Below are positions 18,019 through 27,613 of a DNA stretch of 64,000 bases, piece after piece. Position numbers and translations under genes: made by a program. Location: NCBI RefSeq assembly GCF_028368995.1, contig NZ_JAQNDL010000004.1, forward strand, positions 608,001-672,000. The letters are read 5' to 3'. The DNA is from Nannocystis bainbridge (GTDB lineage: Bacteria; Myxococcota_A; Polyangia; Nannocystales; Nannocystaceae). Every line of letters begins with the position of its first letter. Positions within the stretch are counted from its first letter, which is position 1. The notes under the pieces were generated by a model. The model did no database searches. It saw nothing but the letters and a program-made list of their open reading frames with translations, and was not told the origin of the DNA.

Positions 18019-18804
18019 TCAGGGGGTGCTGACCTCGACGTCGAGGCAGAAGTGGGCCGAGCGCGAGTCGTACCAGTCGCGCAGGTTGGTCAGCGGGGTG
18101 TCGCAGTGGTCGCCGGGATCGTCGATGGCGACCAGGCCGTCGCCGGGGGCGTCGCCCATGTGATCGGCGTGGAGGACGAGGGTCGAGGTCGAGCCGCCGC
18201 CGGTGATCCGCAGGCAGAAGTGCTGGGTGTCCAAAAGGACAGGTGGGTCGAGCTCGAAGTCGCGGTAGTCCATGCCGCCGTCGATGGTGCCGAGCTCGCG
18301 GGTGTCGAGCACGGCGAGCACGGGGGCGTGGTTGCCGGGGTCGTAGGGGAGGACGTCGAGGACGGCCGACGGCTCGCCGACGGCGAAGCGGACCTCGAAG
18401 CCTAACCGGGTGAGCTGCAGCGGCGGCGGGGCGGGGGCGGTGAAGCACTCGACGGCCTCGATCTTGGCCGAGACGGGGTCGCCGCCGCTCATGCAGAAGG
18501 GGCCGTCGATGCAGCGCGCGGGATCGTAGGGGCGCAGGGTGGTGGGCTCGAGCGGACCGGTGGTGGGCTCGGCGGTGGTGCTCGAGCTGGTGGTCGTCGA
18601 GGTGGTGGAAGAGACGGCGGCGGTGGTGGTGGAGTCGTCGCTGGTCGCCGCGGGGCCGGTGGTCGGCAGGCCGGTGGTGGTGGTGCCGCCGGTGGTGGTG
18701 GTCGTCGCGGCGCCGCCCTCGGTGGTCGCGCCGTCGTAGCTCGGGTTCGGGCGCAGGCACCCGCCGAGGACGAGGACGAACAGGTGGGCGAACCGAGGCC
18801 TCAC
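18019..18804 (-). CDS. Hypothetical lipoprotein with Thr-rich linker
   Basis: Lipobox LFVLVLGGC followed by LRPNPSYD, a Thr/Ser tract and a Cys-containing globular domain. Confidence 0.75.
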   Translation of the reverse strand: MRPRFAHLFVLVLGGCLRPNPSYDGATTEGGAATTTTTGGTTTTGLPTTGPAATSDDSTTTAAVSSTTSTTTSSSTTAEPTTGPLEPTTLRPYDPARCIDGPFCMSGGDPVSAKIEAVECFTAPAPPPLQLTRLGFEVRFAVGEPSAVLDVLPYDPGNHAPVLAVLDTRELGTIDGGMDYRDFELDPPVLLDTQHFCLRITGGGSTSTLVLHADHMGDAPGDGLVAIDDPGDHCDTPLTNLRDWYDSRSAHFCLDVEVSTP

Positions 18805-18847
18805 GCGCAGACTGTATCGCCTCGGGCGAGCGAACGCCATCCGGCGC

Positions 18848-20431
18848 TCACGGGCCCGCGCGGTGCAACCGGACCTCTTCCATGTCGAGCTGATCCTCGG
18901 CAGCGCGCAGGACCTCTGGGTCGACGGTGTCCTCGCGGCGGACGTACAGGAGGGCCTGGCGCTGGGCGTGGACGAGGTCGATCAGGAGCTCGTGGTGGCG
19001 GACGCGGAGGTCGTGGTCGGCGCCGAGGTCGGACTGCGAGGCGTCGAGGGCCGCGGTGTGGTGGGCCCGCACGCGCGCGAGGAGGTCGGGGTGCGGGTGC
19101 GCGGCGGGGTCCGTGCGATCGAGGTGGGCGAGGGCGGCGGCGGCGAGGCGGGCCTGCAGCAGCCGGGTGTCGCGGGCCCGCCGGGCGTCGTCGCCGGCGT
19201 CGAAGCGCAGCAAGCGGATGACGAGCGGGAGGCTCAGGCCCTGGAGGACGAGGGTGACGAGGATGACGGCGAAGGTGATGAAGAGGATCAGGTGGCGGTG
19301 GGGGAAGGCGGTGACACCGTCGGCGAGGGTCAAGGGGACGGCGAGGGCCGAGGCGAGCGAGACGACGCCGCGCATGCCGGCCCAGGCGATGACGACGAGG
19401 GCCTTCCAGTCGGGGGCGCCGGCGGGCCGCGAGCGCCGCCACCTCAGCGCGCCGGCGGCGGCGAACACCCAGACGAAGCGCACGACGACGGTGAGCAGGC
19501 TGATGGCGAGCGCGTAGGCGGTGGCGTAGGCGAACTGCTCGGGGCCGAGGCCCTCGGTGATGCGCGGCAGCTGCAGGCCGATGAGGATGAAGACGAAGCC
19601 GTTGAGGAGGAACACGAGGGTGCTCCACACGAAGCTGGCCTGGACCTTGGAGGGGGCGCTCAGGAAATCGTCGGCGCGCGCCGAGAGGAACAGGCCGCCG
19701 GCGACCACGGCGAGCACGCCCGAACATCCCAGGCCCTCGGCCGCGAGGTACATGATGTACGGGGTCATGATGGTGAGGCTGGCGTCGACGCTGGCGACGC
19801 TCGGCAGCAGGCGGTGCACGCGGTAGACGAGCAGGGCGACGGCGAGGCCGAGGGCGACGCCGCCGAGAGCGACGCGGAAGAACTCGAGGGCGAAATCGAC
19901 GGCGACGAAGCTGCCGGCGGCGACGGCGGCGAGGGCGAAGCGAAACACGATCAGCGAGGCGGCGTCGTTGACGAGGCTCTCGCCCTCGAGGATGGCGACG
20001 GCGACCCGCGGGACCCGCAGGCCGTGCAGCACGCTGGTGGCGGCGACGGCGTCGGGCGGGGAGATGATGCCGCCGAGCATGAAGCCGAGCGCGAGCGAGC
20101 AGTCGGGGACGAGGGCGTGGGCGACCAGCGCGACGGCGGTGGCGGTGAACAGGACCAGACCGAACGCCTGCAGGGCGATGGGCCCGCGCAGGCGCACGAA
20201 CTCTCGCCAGGGGGTGAACCACGCGGCCTGGTAGAGCAGCGGCGGCAGGAACACCAGGAACACCAGCTCGGGATCGAGGCTGACGTGCGGGGCGCCGGGG
20301 ACGAGGCTGATGCCGAGGCCGCCGAGCACGAGGAGGATCGGGTAGCTGATGCCGAGCCGCCCGCTGAGCACGTGCAGGACGCCGATGGCGAACAGCAGCG
20401 AGAGGACGAGCAGGAGTTCGTGGTGCAGCAT
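18848..20431 (-). CDS. Na+/H+ antiporter, CPA1 (NhaP/YjcE-like) family
   Basis: About 12 TM segments; FLPPLLY, ISPPDAVAA, ILEGESLVNDA and WAGMRGVVSLA motifs. Confidence 0.92.
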   Translation of the reverse strand: MLHHELLLVLSLLFAIGVLHVLSGRLGISYPILLVLGGLGISLVPGAPHVSLDPELVFLVFLPPLLYQAAWFTPWREFVRLRGPIALQAFGLVLFTATAVALVAHALVPDCSLALGFMLGGIISPPDAVAATSVLHGLRVPRVAVAILEGESLVNDAASLIVFRFALAAVAAGSFVAVDFALEFFRVALGGVALGLAVALLVYRVHRLLPSVASVDASLTIMTPYIMYLAAEGLGCSGVLAVVAGGLFLSARADDFLSAPSKVQASFVWSTLVFLLNGFVFILIGLQLPRITEGLGPEQFAYATAYALAISLLTVVVRFVWVFAAAGALRWRRSRPAGAPDWKALVVIAWAGMRGVVSLASALAVPLTLADGVTAFPHRHLILFITFAVILVTLVLQGLSLPLVIRLLRFDAGDDARRARDTRLLQARLAAAALAHLDRTDPAAHPHPDLLARVRAHHTAALDASQSDLGADHDLRVRHHELLIDLVHAQRQALLYVRREDTVDPEVLRAAEDQLDMEEVRLHRAGP

Positions 20432-20473
20432 CGACGCGCTCGAGGCTAACGCGGGGTCGCGGGGCGGGCCACG

Positions 20474-21262
20474 TCAGCCGGGCGGGCCGTTGTCGGGATC
20501 TGGCCCCGGGGACAGGTCGACGATGGTGGCGCCCCATCCGCCGCCGCGGTGGCCGCCGAGGCGGTAGGCGACGACGCGCGGGTGACGATCGAGGATCGCG
20601 TGCACGGTCCGTCGCAGGGCGCCGATGCCCTTGCCGTGGACGATGCGGACCTCGGTGATGCCGCGCGCGCGGCAGACTTCGAGGTACTCGAGCACGAGGC
20701 GCTTGACGTCCTTGGGGCTGAAGTTGTGGAGGTCGAGCTCGCCGTCAACGGGCAGCTCGGCGGCGCGGTCGGAGCCGGCGAGGGCGCCGAAGAAGCCGGC
20801 GCGCCCGGCCCACGGAGCCCACGGGAGCGCGGTGACGGGAGCGGGCTGATAGGCGGCGGGCCGCGGGAGGGCGCAGCGATGGACGGTGCGGGCGGCCCGG
20901 GCGAACGGGTTCCACGGGCGCTGGCCCTGGGCGGGGCCGGGCTGCCAGCGCTCGCCGACGCGGAGCTCGAGGGTGAAGCGGCCGGGGCGGCCGGGCCAGC
21001 GTTCGGCGACGATCCGCAGGTCGCCGAACAGGGCGGCGCCGATCAGGTCGAGGGCGAGGGCGGCCTGATCGTCGCTGTCGTCGTCGTCGGCGAGCGCGAA
21101 CGAAGCTGTCCATCCGGACAGGTCGACGCGCAGGCGATCGCCGTCGCGGTGGACGCCGAGCTCGAGGTCGCCGAGGCGGACGACGCCGGGGGGCGAGGGC
21201 GCGAGGCCGCAGGCGGCGAGCATGGCGTCGAGTGCGTGCGCGAAGGCCTCGCCGGGGGTCAT
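20474..21262 (-). CDS. Smr domain protein with an uncharacterised N-terminal domain
   Basis: The C-terminal ELDLH...VRIVHGKGIGALR...GGWGATIVDL is an Smr signature. The start MTPGEAF is inferred because the longer ORF overlaps real genes. Confidence 0.85.
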   Translation of the reverse strand: MTPGEAFAHALDAMLAACGLAPSPPGVVRLGDLELGVHRDGDRLRVDLSGWTASFALADDDDSDDQAALALDLIGAALFGDLRIVAERWPGRPGRFTLELRVGERWQPGPAQGQRPWNPFARAARTVHRCALPRPAAYQPAPVTALPWAPWAGRAGFFGALAGSDRAAELPVDGELDLHNFSPKDVKRLVLEYLEVCRARGITEVRIVHGKGIGALRRTVHAILDRHPRVVAYRLGGHRGGGWGATIVDLSPGPDPDNGPPG

Positions 21263-21334
21263 GGCCACGAGAGTGTAGGCGCGGTCGGCTGCGCGAGGCC
21301 AGGCGCGGCGGCGCGAGCGTGCTAGGAACGCGAC

Positions 21335-21796
21335 ATGAAGATCGATCTCGACGAGGCGCCGACGCTGGTCGGCACGCGCTATCCGGCCCCGTTCGACGCG
21401 CCGTGCCAGGACCGCGTGCGGGTCCGTCTGGGGGCGGCGGCGGGGCTGTCGCAGTTCGGCGTGAACTTGCTGCGGCTGGCGCCCGGGACGTGGTCGAGCC
21501 AGCGCCACTGGCACGCGCGCGAGGACGAGTTCGTGTACGTGCTGACGGGCGAGGTGGTGCTGGTGACGGAGGCGGGCGAGACGACGCTGCGCGCGGGTGA
21601 GTGCGCGGGGTTCCCCCACGGGGTGGCGAGCGGGCATCACCTGCAGAACCGCGGGTCGGTGGAGGCGACGGTGCTCGAGGTCGGGACCGACGATCCGCGC
21701 GACGAGGTGGAGTACCCGGACATCGACATGCGGTGGACGCCGGACGGGTACGCGCGCCGCGACGGGACGCCGTATCCGCGACGCAAGGACGGGTGA
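21335..21796 (+). CDS. Cupin domain protein
   Basis: LSQFGVNL...SSQRHWHAREDEFVYVLTGE...AGFPHG...HHLQN cupin metal-binding motifs. Confidence 0.9.
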   Translation: MKIDLDEAPTLVGTRYPAPFDAPCQDRVRVRLGAAAGLSQFGVNLLRLAPGTWSSQRHWHAREDEFVYVLTGEVVLVTEAGETTLRAGECAGFPHGVASGHHLQNRGSVEATVLEVGTDDPRDEVEYPDIDMRWTPDGYARRDGTPYPRRKDG

Positions 21797-21849
21797 CGAA
21801 GCGAAGGCCGTGAAGTCGTCGGTGTGGGCGCGGCGAGCGGAGGGAGGCC

Positions 21850-22755
21850 TCAAGCGGTCGCCAGCGGGGCGGCGCGGAAGGCCTCGATCACGAACTCGCG
21901 GAAGGCGGTGACCTTGCGCGGGAGGTGCTTGCCGCCGGCGCACACCAGCCACAGGCCGCCGGAGTGGATGGCCCAGCGCGGCAGGACGCGGACCAGCAGG
22001 CCGGCGGCGACGTCGGGCTCGGCGTAGAAGTCGGGCAGGATGCCGAGGCCGGCGCCGGCGCGCAGGGCCTGGCGGGCGAACGACATGTCGTCGCAGACGA
22101 TCCGGCCGACCGGCTTGAGGACGGCCGGGTCGCCGGGGCCGTCGAGGCGCAGCCTGGGGCCGCCGCGGTAGGCGACCCAGGTGTGGCCGGCGAGCTCGCG
22201 CGGGCTGCGAGGCGTCCCGCGGCGGGCGAGGTAGGCCGGCGAGGCGTGGAGCTGGACGGCGATGGTGCCGAGCTTGCGCGCGGTGAACGAGGCGTCGCCG
22301 AGCGGGCGGCGGGCGATCCGGAACGCGACGTCGATGCCCTCGGCGACCATGTCGACGAGGTTGTTGGCGAGCCGCATGTCGACCTCGACGTTCGGGTAGC
22401 GGGCGACGAAGCGGGTGACGATGTCGGCGAGCACGGCGGCGCCGAAGTCGACGGTGGCGGTGATCCGCAGGCGGCCCGAGGGCTGCTCCTCGCGCTCGGG
22501 CAGCTCGGCGAGCGAGCGCTGGAGGGCGGCGATGAGCGGTGCGGTGCGCTCGTAGAGGGCGGCGCCGGCGGTGGTGACGGCGACGCGGCGGGTGGTGCGG
22601 TGCAGGAGCTGGACGCCCATGGCCTGCTCGAGGCCGAGGACGCCGCGGCTGACCGAGGACTTGGGCAGGCCGAGGCGGCGGGCGGCGGCGGAGAAGCTGG
22701 CAGTGTCGACGACGGCGACGAAGCGGGCGAGGCGGTCGAGATCGACTGTTGTCAT
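21850..22755 (-). CDS. LysR family transcriptional regulator
   Basis: SFSAAARRLGLPKSSVSR...LLHRTTRRV HTH plus a CrgA-like substrate-binding domain; divergent from an oxidoreductase gene. Confidence 0.95.
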   Translation of the reverse strand: MTTVDLDRLARFVAVVDTASFSAAARRLGLPKSSVSRGVLGLEQAMGVQLLHRTTRRVAVTTAGAALYERTAPLIAALQRSLAELPEREEQPSGRLRITATVDFGAAVLADIVTRFVARYPNVEVDMRLANNLVDMVAEGIDVAFRIARRPLGDASFTARKLGTIAVQLHASPAYLARRGTPRSPRELAGHTWVAYRGGPRLRLDGPGDPAVLKPVGRIVCDDMSFARQALRAGAGLGILPDFYAEPDVAAGLLVRVLPRWAIHSGGLWLVCAGGKHLPRKVTAFREFVIEAFRAAPLATA

Positions 22756-22820
22756 TGCGGAACAGTATCGCGACGAATGGGCAGCTTGTCGCCAATTCGC
22801 AACGGCCTAGACTGGCCGGT

Positions 22821-23717
22821 ATGCCGGATCGAAACGAGAAGACGCTGCTCGTCACGGGCGCTGCGGGCCACCTGGGCCGGCGCGTGGTCGAGCTGTTGCT
22901 GGCGGCCGGTGAGCGCCGCGTGATCGCCGGCAGCCGCACGCCGGAGGCGCTGCACGAGCTGACGGGGCGCGGGGCCGAGGCGCGAAAGGTGGACTTCGAC
23001 GACGCGGCCGGGCTCGACGCGGCGCTGGTCGGGGTCGACCGGCTGCTGATCGTCAGCACCGACGCGGTGCTCGAGCCGGGGCGCCGGATCGCCCAGCACG
23101 CGCGCGCGGTCGCGGCGGCGGTGCGCGCCGGGGTGCGCCACGTGGTCTACACGTCGTTGACGAACCCGGGGCCGGAGTCGCCGATCGGGCTGGCGGTCGA
23201 TCACCGCGAGACGGAGGCGGCGCTGGCGAGGAGCGGGCTCGGGTTCACGATCCTGCGCAACAACATCTACGCGGAGCTGCTGCTGCAGGCGGGCGCGGGG
23301 GCGGTGGCGAGCGGGCGGCTGGTGCACGCGGCCGGCGACGGGGCTGCGGGTTACGTGACGCGGGAGGACTGCGCGCGGGCGGCCGCGGCGGCGCTGGCGA
23401 GCGCGGACACGGGCTCGCAGGTGCTCGACGTGACGGGGCCGGAGGCGGTGACGCAGGCGCAGCTGGCGGGCCTGCTGGCGGAGGTGACGGGGCGGCCGGT
23501 GCAGGCGGTGAACGTGTCGCCGGCGCAGCTGCGCGAGGGGATGATCGGGCACGGGCTGCCGCCGGCGCTGGCGGAGGTGCTGGTGTCGTTCGACCGCGCG
23601 ATCGCCCAGGGGACGCTGGCGGTCGTCAGCGGGGCGGTGGAAGGGCTGACGGGGCGCCGGCCGACGAGCGTGCGCGAGTTCCTGGCGGCGCACCGGAGCG
23701 CGCTCGTCGGGGCGTGA
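22821..23717 (+). CDS. NAD(P)H-dependent atypical SDR oxidoreductase (QorB/YtfG, NmrA-like)
   Basis: LVTGAAGHLG Rossmann motif, HVVYTS, ILRNNIYAE and VTREDCARAAA. Confidence 0.88.
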   Translation: MPDRNEKTLLVTGAAGHLGRRVVELLLAAGERRVIAGSRTPEALHELTGRGAEARKVDFDDAAGLDAALVGVDRLLIVSTDAVLEPGRRIAQHARAVAAAVRAGVRHVVYTSLTNPGPESPIGLAVDHRETEAALARSGLGFTILRNNIYAELLLQAGAGAVASGRLVHAAGDGAAGYVTREDCARAAAAALASADTGSQVLDVTGPEAVTQAQLAGLLAEVTGRPVQAVNVSPAQLREGMIGHGLPPALAEVLVSFDRAIAQGTLAVVSGAVEGLTGRRPTSVREFLAAHRSALVGA

Positions 23718-23819
23718 GGTCCTGCGGCGCGAGGCGGCGCCTGCAGTCGGGCGGGCTCGGGCGTAGCGCGCCGACGTCCGCGCGGCGGGAGCCGGGCGCC
23801 GCCGCGGTGAGGCGATAGG

Positions 23820-23889
23820 TGTCCGTGAGGACATGTGCGAAGGGACCTGTGCGTCGGGACAGGGCCGATCGCGCATGTCCTCGCGGACA
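23820..23889. repeat. Array of five 14-bp units between convergent genes
   Basis: TGTCCGTGAGGACA/TGTGCGAAGGGACC/TGTGCGTCGGGACA/GGGCCGATCGCGCA/TGTCCTCGCGGACA. Confidence 0.85.
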
Positions 23890-23897
23890 TGCGCCGT

Positions 23898-26360
23898 TCA
23901 ACCCGGCGAGGGGCAGGCGGCGGCGGTGGTGAGGTCGGTGTTGTTGGCCTCGTTGCACTCGGAGATCGCGCCGTTGCCCTTGCTCGGCTCGTCGACCTCG
24001 ACGAAGTAGTCGGCGGTCATGTTCCCGGGCGGGGCCTGGACCAGCAGCTTGACCTTCTCCGAGCCGCCGGGCAGGAGCGCGGTGGTGGTGACGGTGCTCT
24101 GCAGCAGGGTGCCGGTGGCGTCCTGGCCCTGGTAGAAGTCGACGATGACGCCGGCGGGCACGCCGAGGGCGCCCTCGTTGCGCACGGTGGCGATGAGCTC
24201 GAGCTGCTCGGCGCAGAAGCCGAGGCCGATCGAGAGCTGGACGGTGAGGTCGGGGGCGTTGAAGACGCCCTCGCCCTGGACGTTCTGGCGGTAGTTGTTG
24301 AGGCCCGGCGTGGTCCAGTTGTCGGACTCCTTGGCCGGGACGTTGCCCGCGGAGGTGGTGCCGGTGACGTGATAGGTGTGCTGCGTCCACACGCGCCGGG
24401 TCGGGACCCAGCCGTCGCCGGCGTCGCCGTAGAGGAACACGCCCTTGCGCTGCTTGTAGCCCGGCGCGTTGCAGCCGCCGACGTTGGTGGCGACCATGAG
24501 GAGCTCCGAGTTGCCGTCGGCGTCGGCGTCGACGACCAGCGGGTACTCGTGGATCGTGGCGCTCGAGTTCTCGATCTGCAGCAGGACGGTGCCGTCCTTG
24601 CCGGAGTAGACGCGGGCGTAACACTCGTCGTTGTAGGTGACCTCGGCGGCGCCGTCGCCCTGGAAATCGAACACCGACGAGCCGGTGGCGTTGGACGACT
24701 GATCCTGGGTCGTGGCCGACCAGACGCGGAAGATGGCGCCGGCGGCCGGGTTCGGATCGCCGTTGGGCTTGACGATGTCTTCGCCGTCGCGGTTGAGGTC
24801 GAACACGGTGTAGCGCGAGGCGCCGGCGACCGCGAGCTCGGGCCGGCCGTCGCCGTCGAAGTCGGCGACCGTCGGCGGGCCGCCGAGACCGCCGCCGGGG
24901 ATGGCCCGCGGCTGGGTGCGCATGCCGTCGTTGCCGTCGCACAGGACGCCGGTCGGATCGATGCCGCACCACAGCTTGCCGGTCAGGCCGTCGAGCACGC
25001 GCACGTTGCCGGTGGCGGCGAGGATGACCTCGGGGGTGCCGTTCTGATCGAGGTCGGCGATCGCCGGCCAGCCGTCGGTGCCGTCGGTGTTGTTCCACAG
25101 CTCGGTGACGGCGACGGTCGGCGGATCGCCGGGGGTCCAGGCGACCGACCAGGCCTGCTTGCCGCTGATGATCTCGGGGTAGCCGTCACCCGTGAGGTCG
25201 GCGACGGCCGAGAGACCGCCGGCGTACGAGGCCGGCGAACCGACGATGCCGCCGTTGTTGTTCAGGTTCCACACGACGAGGCCGTCGTGGTCGAACAGGG
25301 TGGCGCCGATGACGATCTCGGCCTGGTCGTCGTCGTCGAAGTTGGCGAGGGTGATGCCGCCGTTGTCGACGCGGGTGGTCGCCGAGACGTTGTTGGCGGT
25401 GTGCGAGGTCCACAGGAGGTTGCCCATGCCGTCGATGGCGTGGATCGGGCTCTTGCCGCCGCTGACGCGCCCGGTGTAGACGATGTCGGGCAGGCCGTCG
25501 CCGCTGACGTCGCCGACGGCGACGGTGGTGCGGCCGTGCGAGCCGAACTTGTTGTTGGCGGGCTCGTGGTCGATGCGGAACTTCTCGAGGCCAGTGGCGC
25601 CGTCGAGCACGATGATGACGCCGACGGTGTAGTCGTCGGAGTCCTTGTAGCGGGTGGTGTTGACGACGACCTCGGGCACGCCGTCGCCGTCGAGGTCGGC
25701 GACCGCGGGGCTCGAGAACACCTCTTCTTCGATCCACGACCACTCGGGGACGGCGTTGAGGGTGTCGAACTCGGGCACGATCTCGCAGGTCAGCGGGTCG
25801 GGCTGCGGCAGGCACTGGCCCAGGGTCTGCTCGCAGTATTCGCCGGGCTGGCAGTCGTAGGAGTCCTGGCACGGGGCGCCCGGCATGACGCACTCGGCGC
25901 CCGAGCAGACGTTGCCGATCGCGCAGCACTCGAGGTCCGGACCGCAGTGGACGCCGCTGTCACATTGGGGCAGGCAGTTGTCGTCGAGGCACTCGTTGCC
26001 GGCGGGACAGCAGGTGGCCGGTTCGCCGCACAGGGTGCCGCCCTCGCACAGGTCGTCGCCGCCGGTGGTGCTGCTGCTGTCGCTGGTGATGCCGTCGGTG
26101 GTGGTGGCGGTGCCGTCGGTGGTGACAGCGGTGGCGCCGGTCATGGTCTCGTCGCCGGACATGCCGGTGGTGGGACCGGTGGTCGGCACGACGGTGGTGG
26201 TGACCCCGGCGGTGGAGGCCGTGCCGTCCGTGCCGCTGTCGGTGGTCGAACCAGTGTTGCCGCCGCTGGCGGTGACCGTGCCGCCGTTGTCGCCGCATCC
26301 GACCGCGCCGACGAGTGCCAACAACCAACCCGAGCTCAAACCCCACAATGTTCGCTGCAC
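23898..26360 (-). CDS. FG-GAP repeat lipoprotein with Cys-rich region and C-terminal CARDB-like domain
   Basis: Lipobox LVGAVGC, Thr-rich linker, Cys-rich segment, many DxDGDG repeats, SSVFDFQGDG and ISECNEANN. Confidence 0.88.
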   Translation of the reverse strand: MQRTLWGLSSGWLLALVGAVGCGDNGGTVTASGGNTGSTTDSGTDGTASTAGVTTTVVPTTGPTTGMSGDETMTGATAVTTDGTATTTDGITSDSSSTTGGDDLCEGGTLCGEPATCCPAGNECLDDNCLPQCDSGVHCGPDLECCAIGNVCSGAECVMPGAPCQDSYDCQPGEYCEQTLGQCLPQPDPLTCEIVPEFDTLNAVPEWSWIEEEVFSSPAVADLDGDGVPEVVVNTTRYKDSDDYTVGVIIVLDGATGLEKFRIDHEPANNKFGSHGRTTVAVGDVSGDGLPDIVYTGRVSGGKSPIHAIDGMGNLLWTSHTANNVSATTRVDNGGITLANFDDDDQAEIVIGATLFDHDGLVVWNLNNNGGIVGSPASYAGGLSAVADLTGDGYPEIISGKQAWSVAWTPGDPPTVAVTELWNNTDGTDGWPAIADLDQNGTPEVILAATGNVRVLDGLTGKLWCGIDPTGVLCDGNDGMRTQPRAIPGGGLGGPPTVADFDGDGRPELAVAGASRYTVFDLNRDGEDIVKPNGDPNPAAGAIFRVWSATTQDQSSNATGSSVFDFQGDGAAEVTYNDECYARVYSGKDGTVLLQIENSSATIHEYPLVVDADADGNSELLMVATNVGGCNAPGYKQRKGVFLYGDAGDGWVPTRRVWTQHTYHVTGTTSAGNVPAKESDNWTTPGLNNYRQNVQGEGVFNAPDLTVQLSIGLGFCAEQLELIATVRNEGALGVPAGVIVDFYQGQDATGTLLQSTVTTTALLPGGSEKVKLLVQAPPGNMTADYFVEVDEPSKGNGAISECNEANNTDLTTAAACPSPG

Positions 26361-26615
26361 CGGCGAAGCTCATCACAGGCGCCTGGGCCGATCAACCGGC
26401 GGGGCCCTGGGCTGTTTCTGCGCTTGTCCGCGTGCGACGACGGTCCTCGGGCCGAGCACGAGGCGCGACGAACGCGGCCGGCGAACGTGAACGAACGGCG
26501 CGTCGACGTTTACCGCCGGTTGATGCGCGGGCGAGAAGTCGTGGCGGTCCGTCACCGTCGAGGCGTCACTCGACGAACCGCGCACGGAGCCGGTCGTCAC
26601 CACCCGAAGGTACCG

Positions 26616-27110
26616 ATGTCACACCCGATCTTTCGTACACTCATGGGCACGCTGATGTGCGGCTCGCTGATGACCGGCGCGCTGGGCTGCGCGTCGCCGG
26701 AGCGCCTCCGCGGGCTCGACCGCCGCTTCTACCAGAACCTGGACAGTGAGAAGGACCGCGCGGCGTACTTGAAGACGCCCAAGGCGCAGCGGCAGAGCTT
26801 TTTGCAGAGCCAGGGAATTTGGGACAGGTGGCAGGCGCTGCCCGAGGCCGAGCGCACGGCGGCGAAGCGCGGGCAGCTGGCGCCGGGCTCGCAGGAGTTC
26901 GCGGGGTTCATGGCCTGGGGGCCGCCGGCCGACACGCAGCGGCGCACGGCCGGCGAGCGCGAGGTGGCGTTCCACACCTTCATCCGCTGCACGAGCGGGC
27001 CCAAGACCGGCCGCTACGTGCAGGCGAGCAGCACGTGCGACGGGACGTTCAACGAAATCGAAGTCGCGGTCGAGGGCGGGATCGTGACGGAGATCAAAGT
27101 TCTCAACTGA
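26616..27110 (+). CDS. Hypothetical lipoprotein
   Basis: Lipobox MSHPIFRTLMGTLMCGSLMTGALGC, GAAGG RBS, and an AWGPP motif reminiscent of SmpA/BamE-like small lipoproteins. Confidence 0.7.
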   Translation: MSHPIFRTLMGTLMCGSLMTGALGCASPERLRGLDRRFYQNLDSEKDRAAYLKTPKAQRQSFLQSQGIWDRWQALPEAERTAAKRGQLAPGSQEFAGFMAWGPPADTQRRTAGEREVAFHTFIRCTSGPKTGRYVQASSTCDGTFNEIEVAVEGGIVTEIKVLN

Positions 27111-27295
27111 GCGCGGCCCGGCGAACGTCGTGCGCCCGCCGCGATCCGCTCGATCGCGGCAGGGCGCGGCGAATGCGAGGCGGCGAGGCGCGATCGCGCG
27201 GCTGCATCATTCGGTGAGATCGAGCCGGCGAGACCGCGGCGGGCTCGACGATTTGCGCAAGTGACAGCGGCGCAACAGGACGACAGGTTGGCGGC

Positions 27296-27601
27296 ATGTC
27301 CACTGCCAACGATCACGTCCACGTCGTCGCCACCCTGCAAGCCCTGCCGGATCAAATCGCCTCGCTGGCGGCGCTGCTCGGCGAGCTGGCCCGGACTTCG
27401 CGCCAGGAGGCCGGCAACCTGCGCTTCGATGTCCACCAGCAAGCGTCGAACCCGAGCCAGCTGATCACGATCGAACACTGGGACGGGTCGGCCTCGGTCG
27501 ACGCGCACATGACGAGCGCGCACGTCGGGACGGTGCTGGCCAGGCTGGCGCCGCTGCTGGCCGCGCCGCCGCAGATCGTGCGCTACAGCCAGATCGCGTG
27601 A
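27296..27601 (+). CDS. Antibiotic biosynthesis monooxygenase (ABM) family protein
   Basis: SRQEAGNLRFDVH...EHW...VDAHMTSAH pattern, 101 aa. Confidence 0.88.
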   Translation: MSTANDHVHVVATLQALPDQIASLAALLGELARTSRQEAGNLRFDVHQQASNPSQLITIEHWDGSASVDAHMTSAHVGTVLARLAPLLAAPPQIVRYSQIA

Positions 27602-27613
27602 GGCCGGACGCGG

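Noticed and set aside
21263-23059. N-terminal 600 aa of the 861-aa ORF 20474..23059
   Set aside because: An Arg/Pro-rich off-frame read-through across the cupin and LysR genes; not a real fusion.
23835-26615. 1091-aa + strand ORF and similar long ORFs (6644..9013, 12838..14904, 45201..47771, 55225..57552, 59825..61807)
   Set aside because: These are antisense shadows of real minus-strand genes in high-GC DNA. Only the last 164 codons of 23835..27110 form a credible gene.
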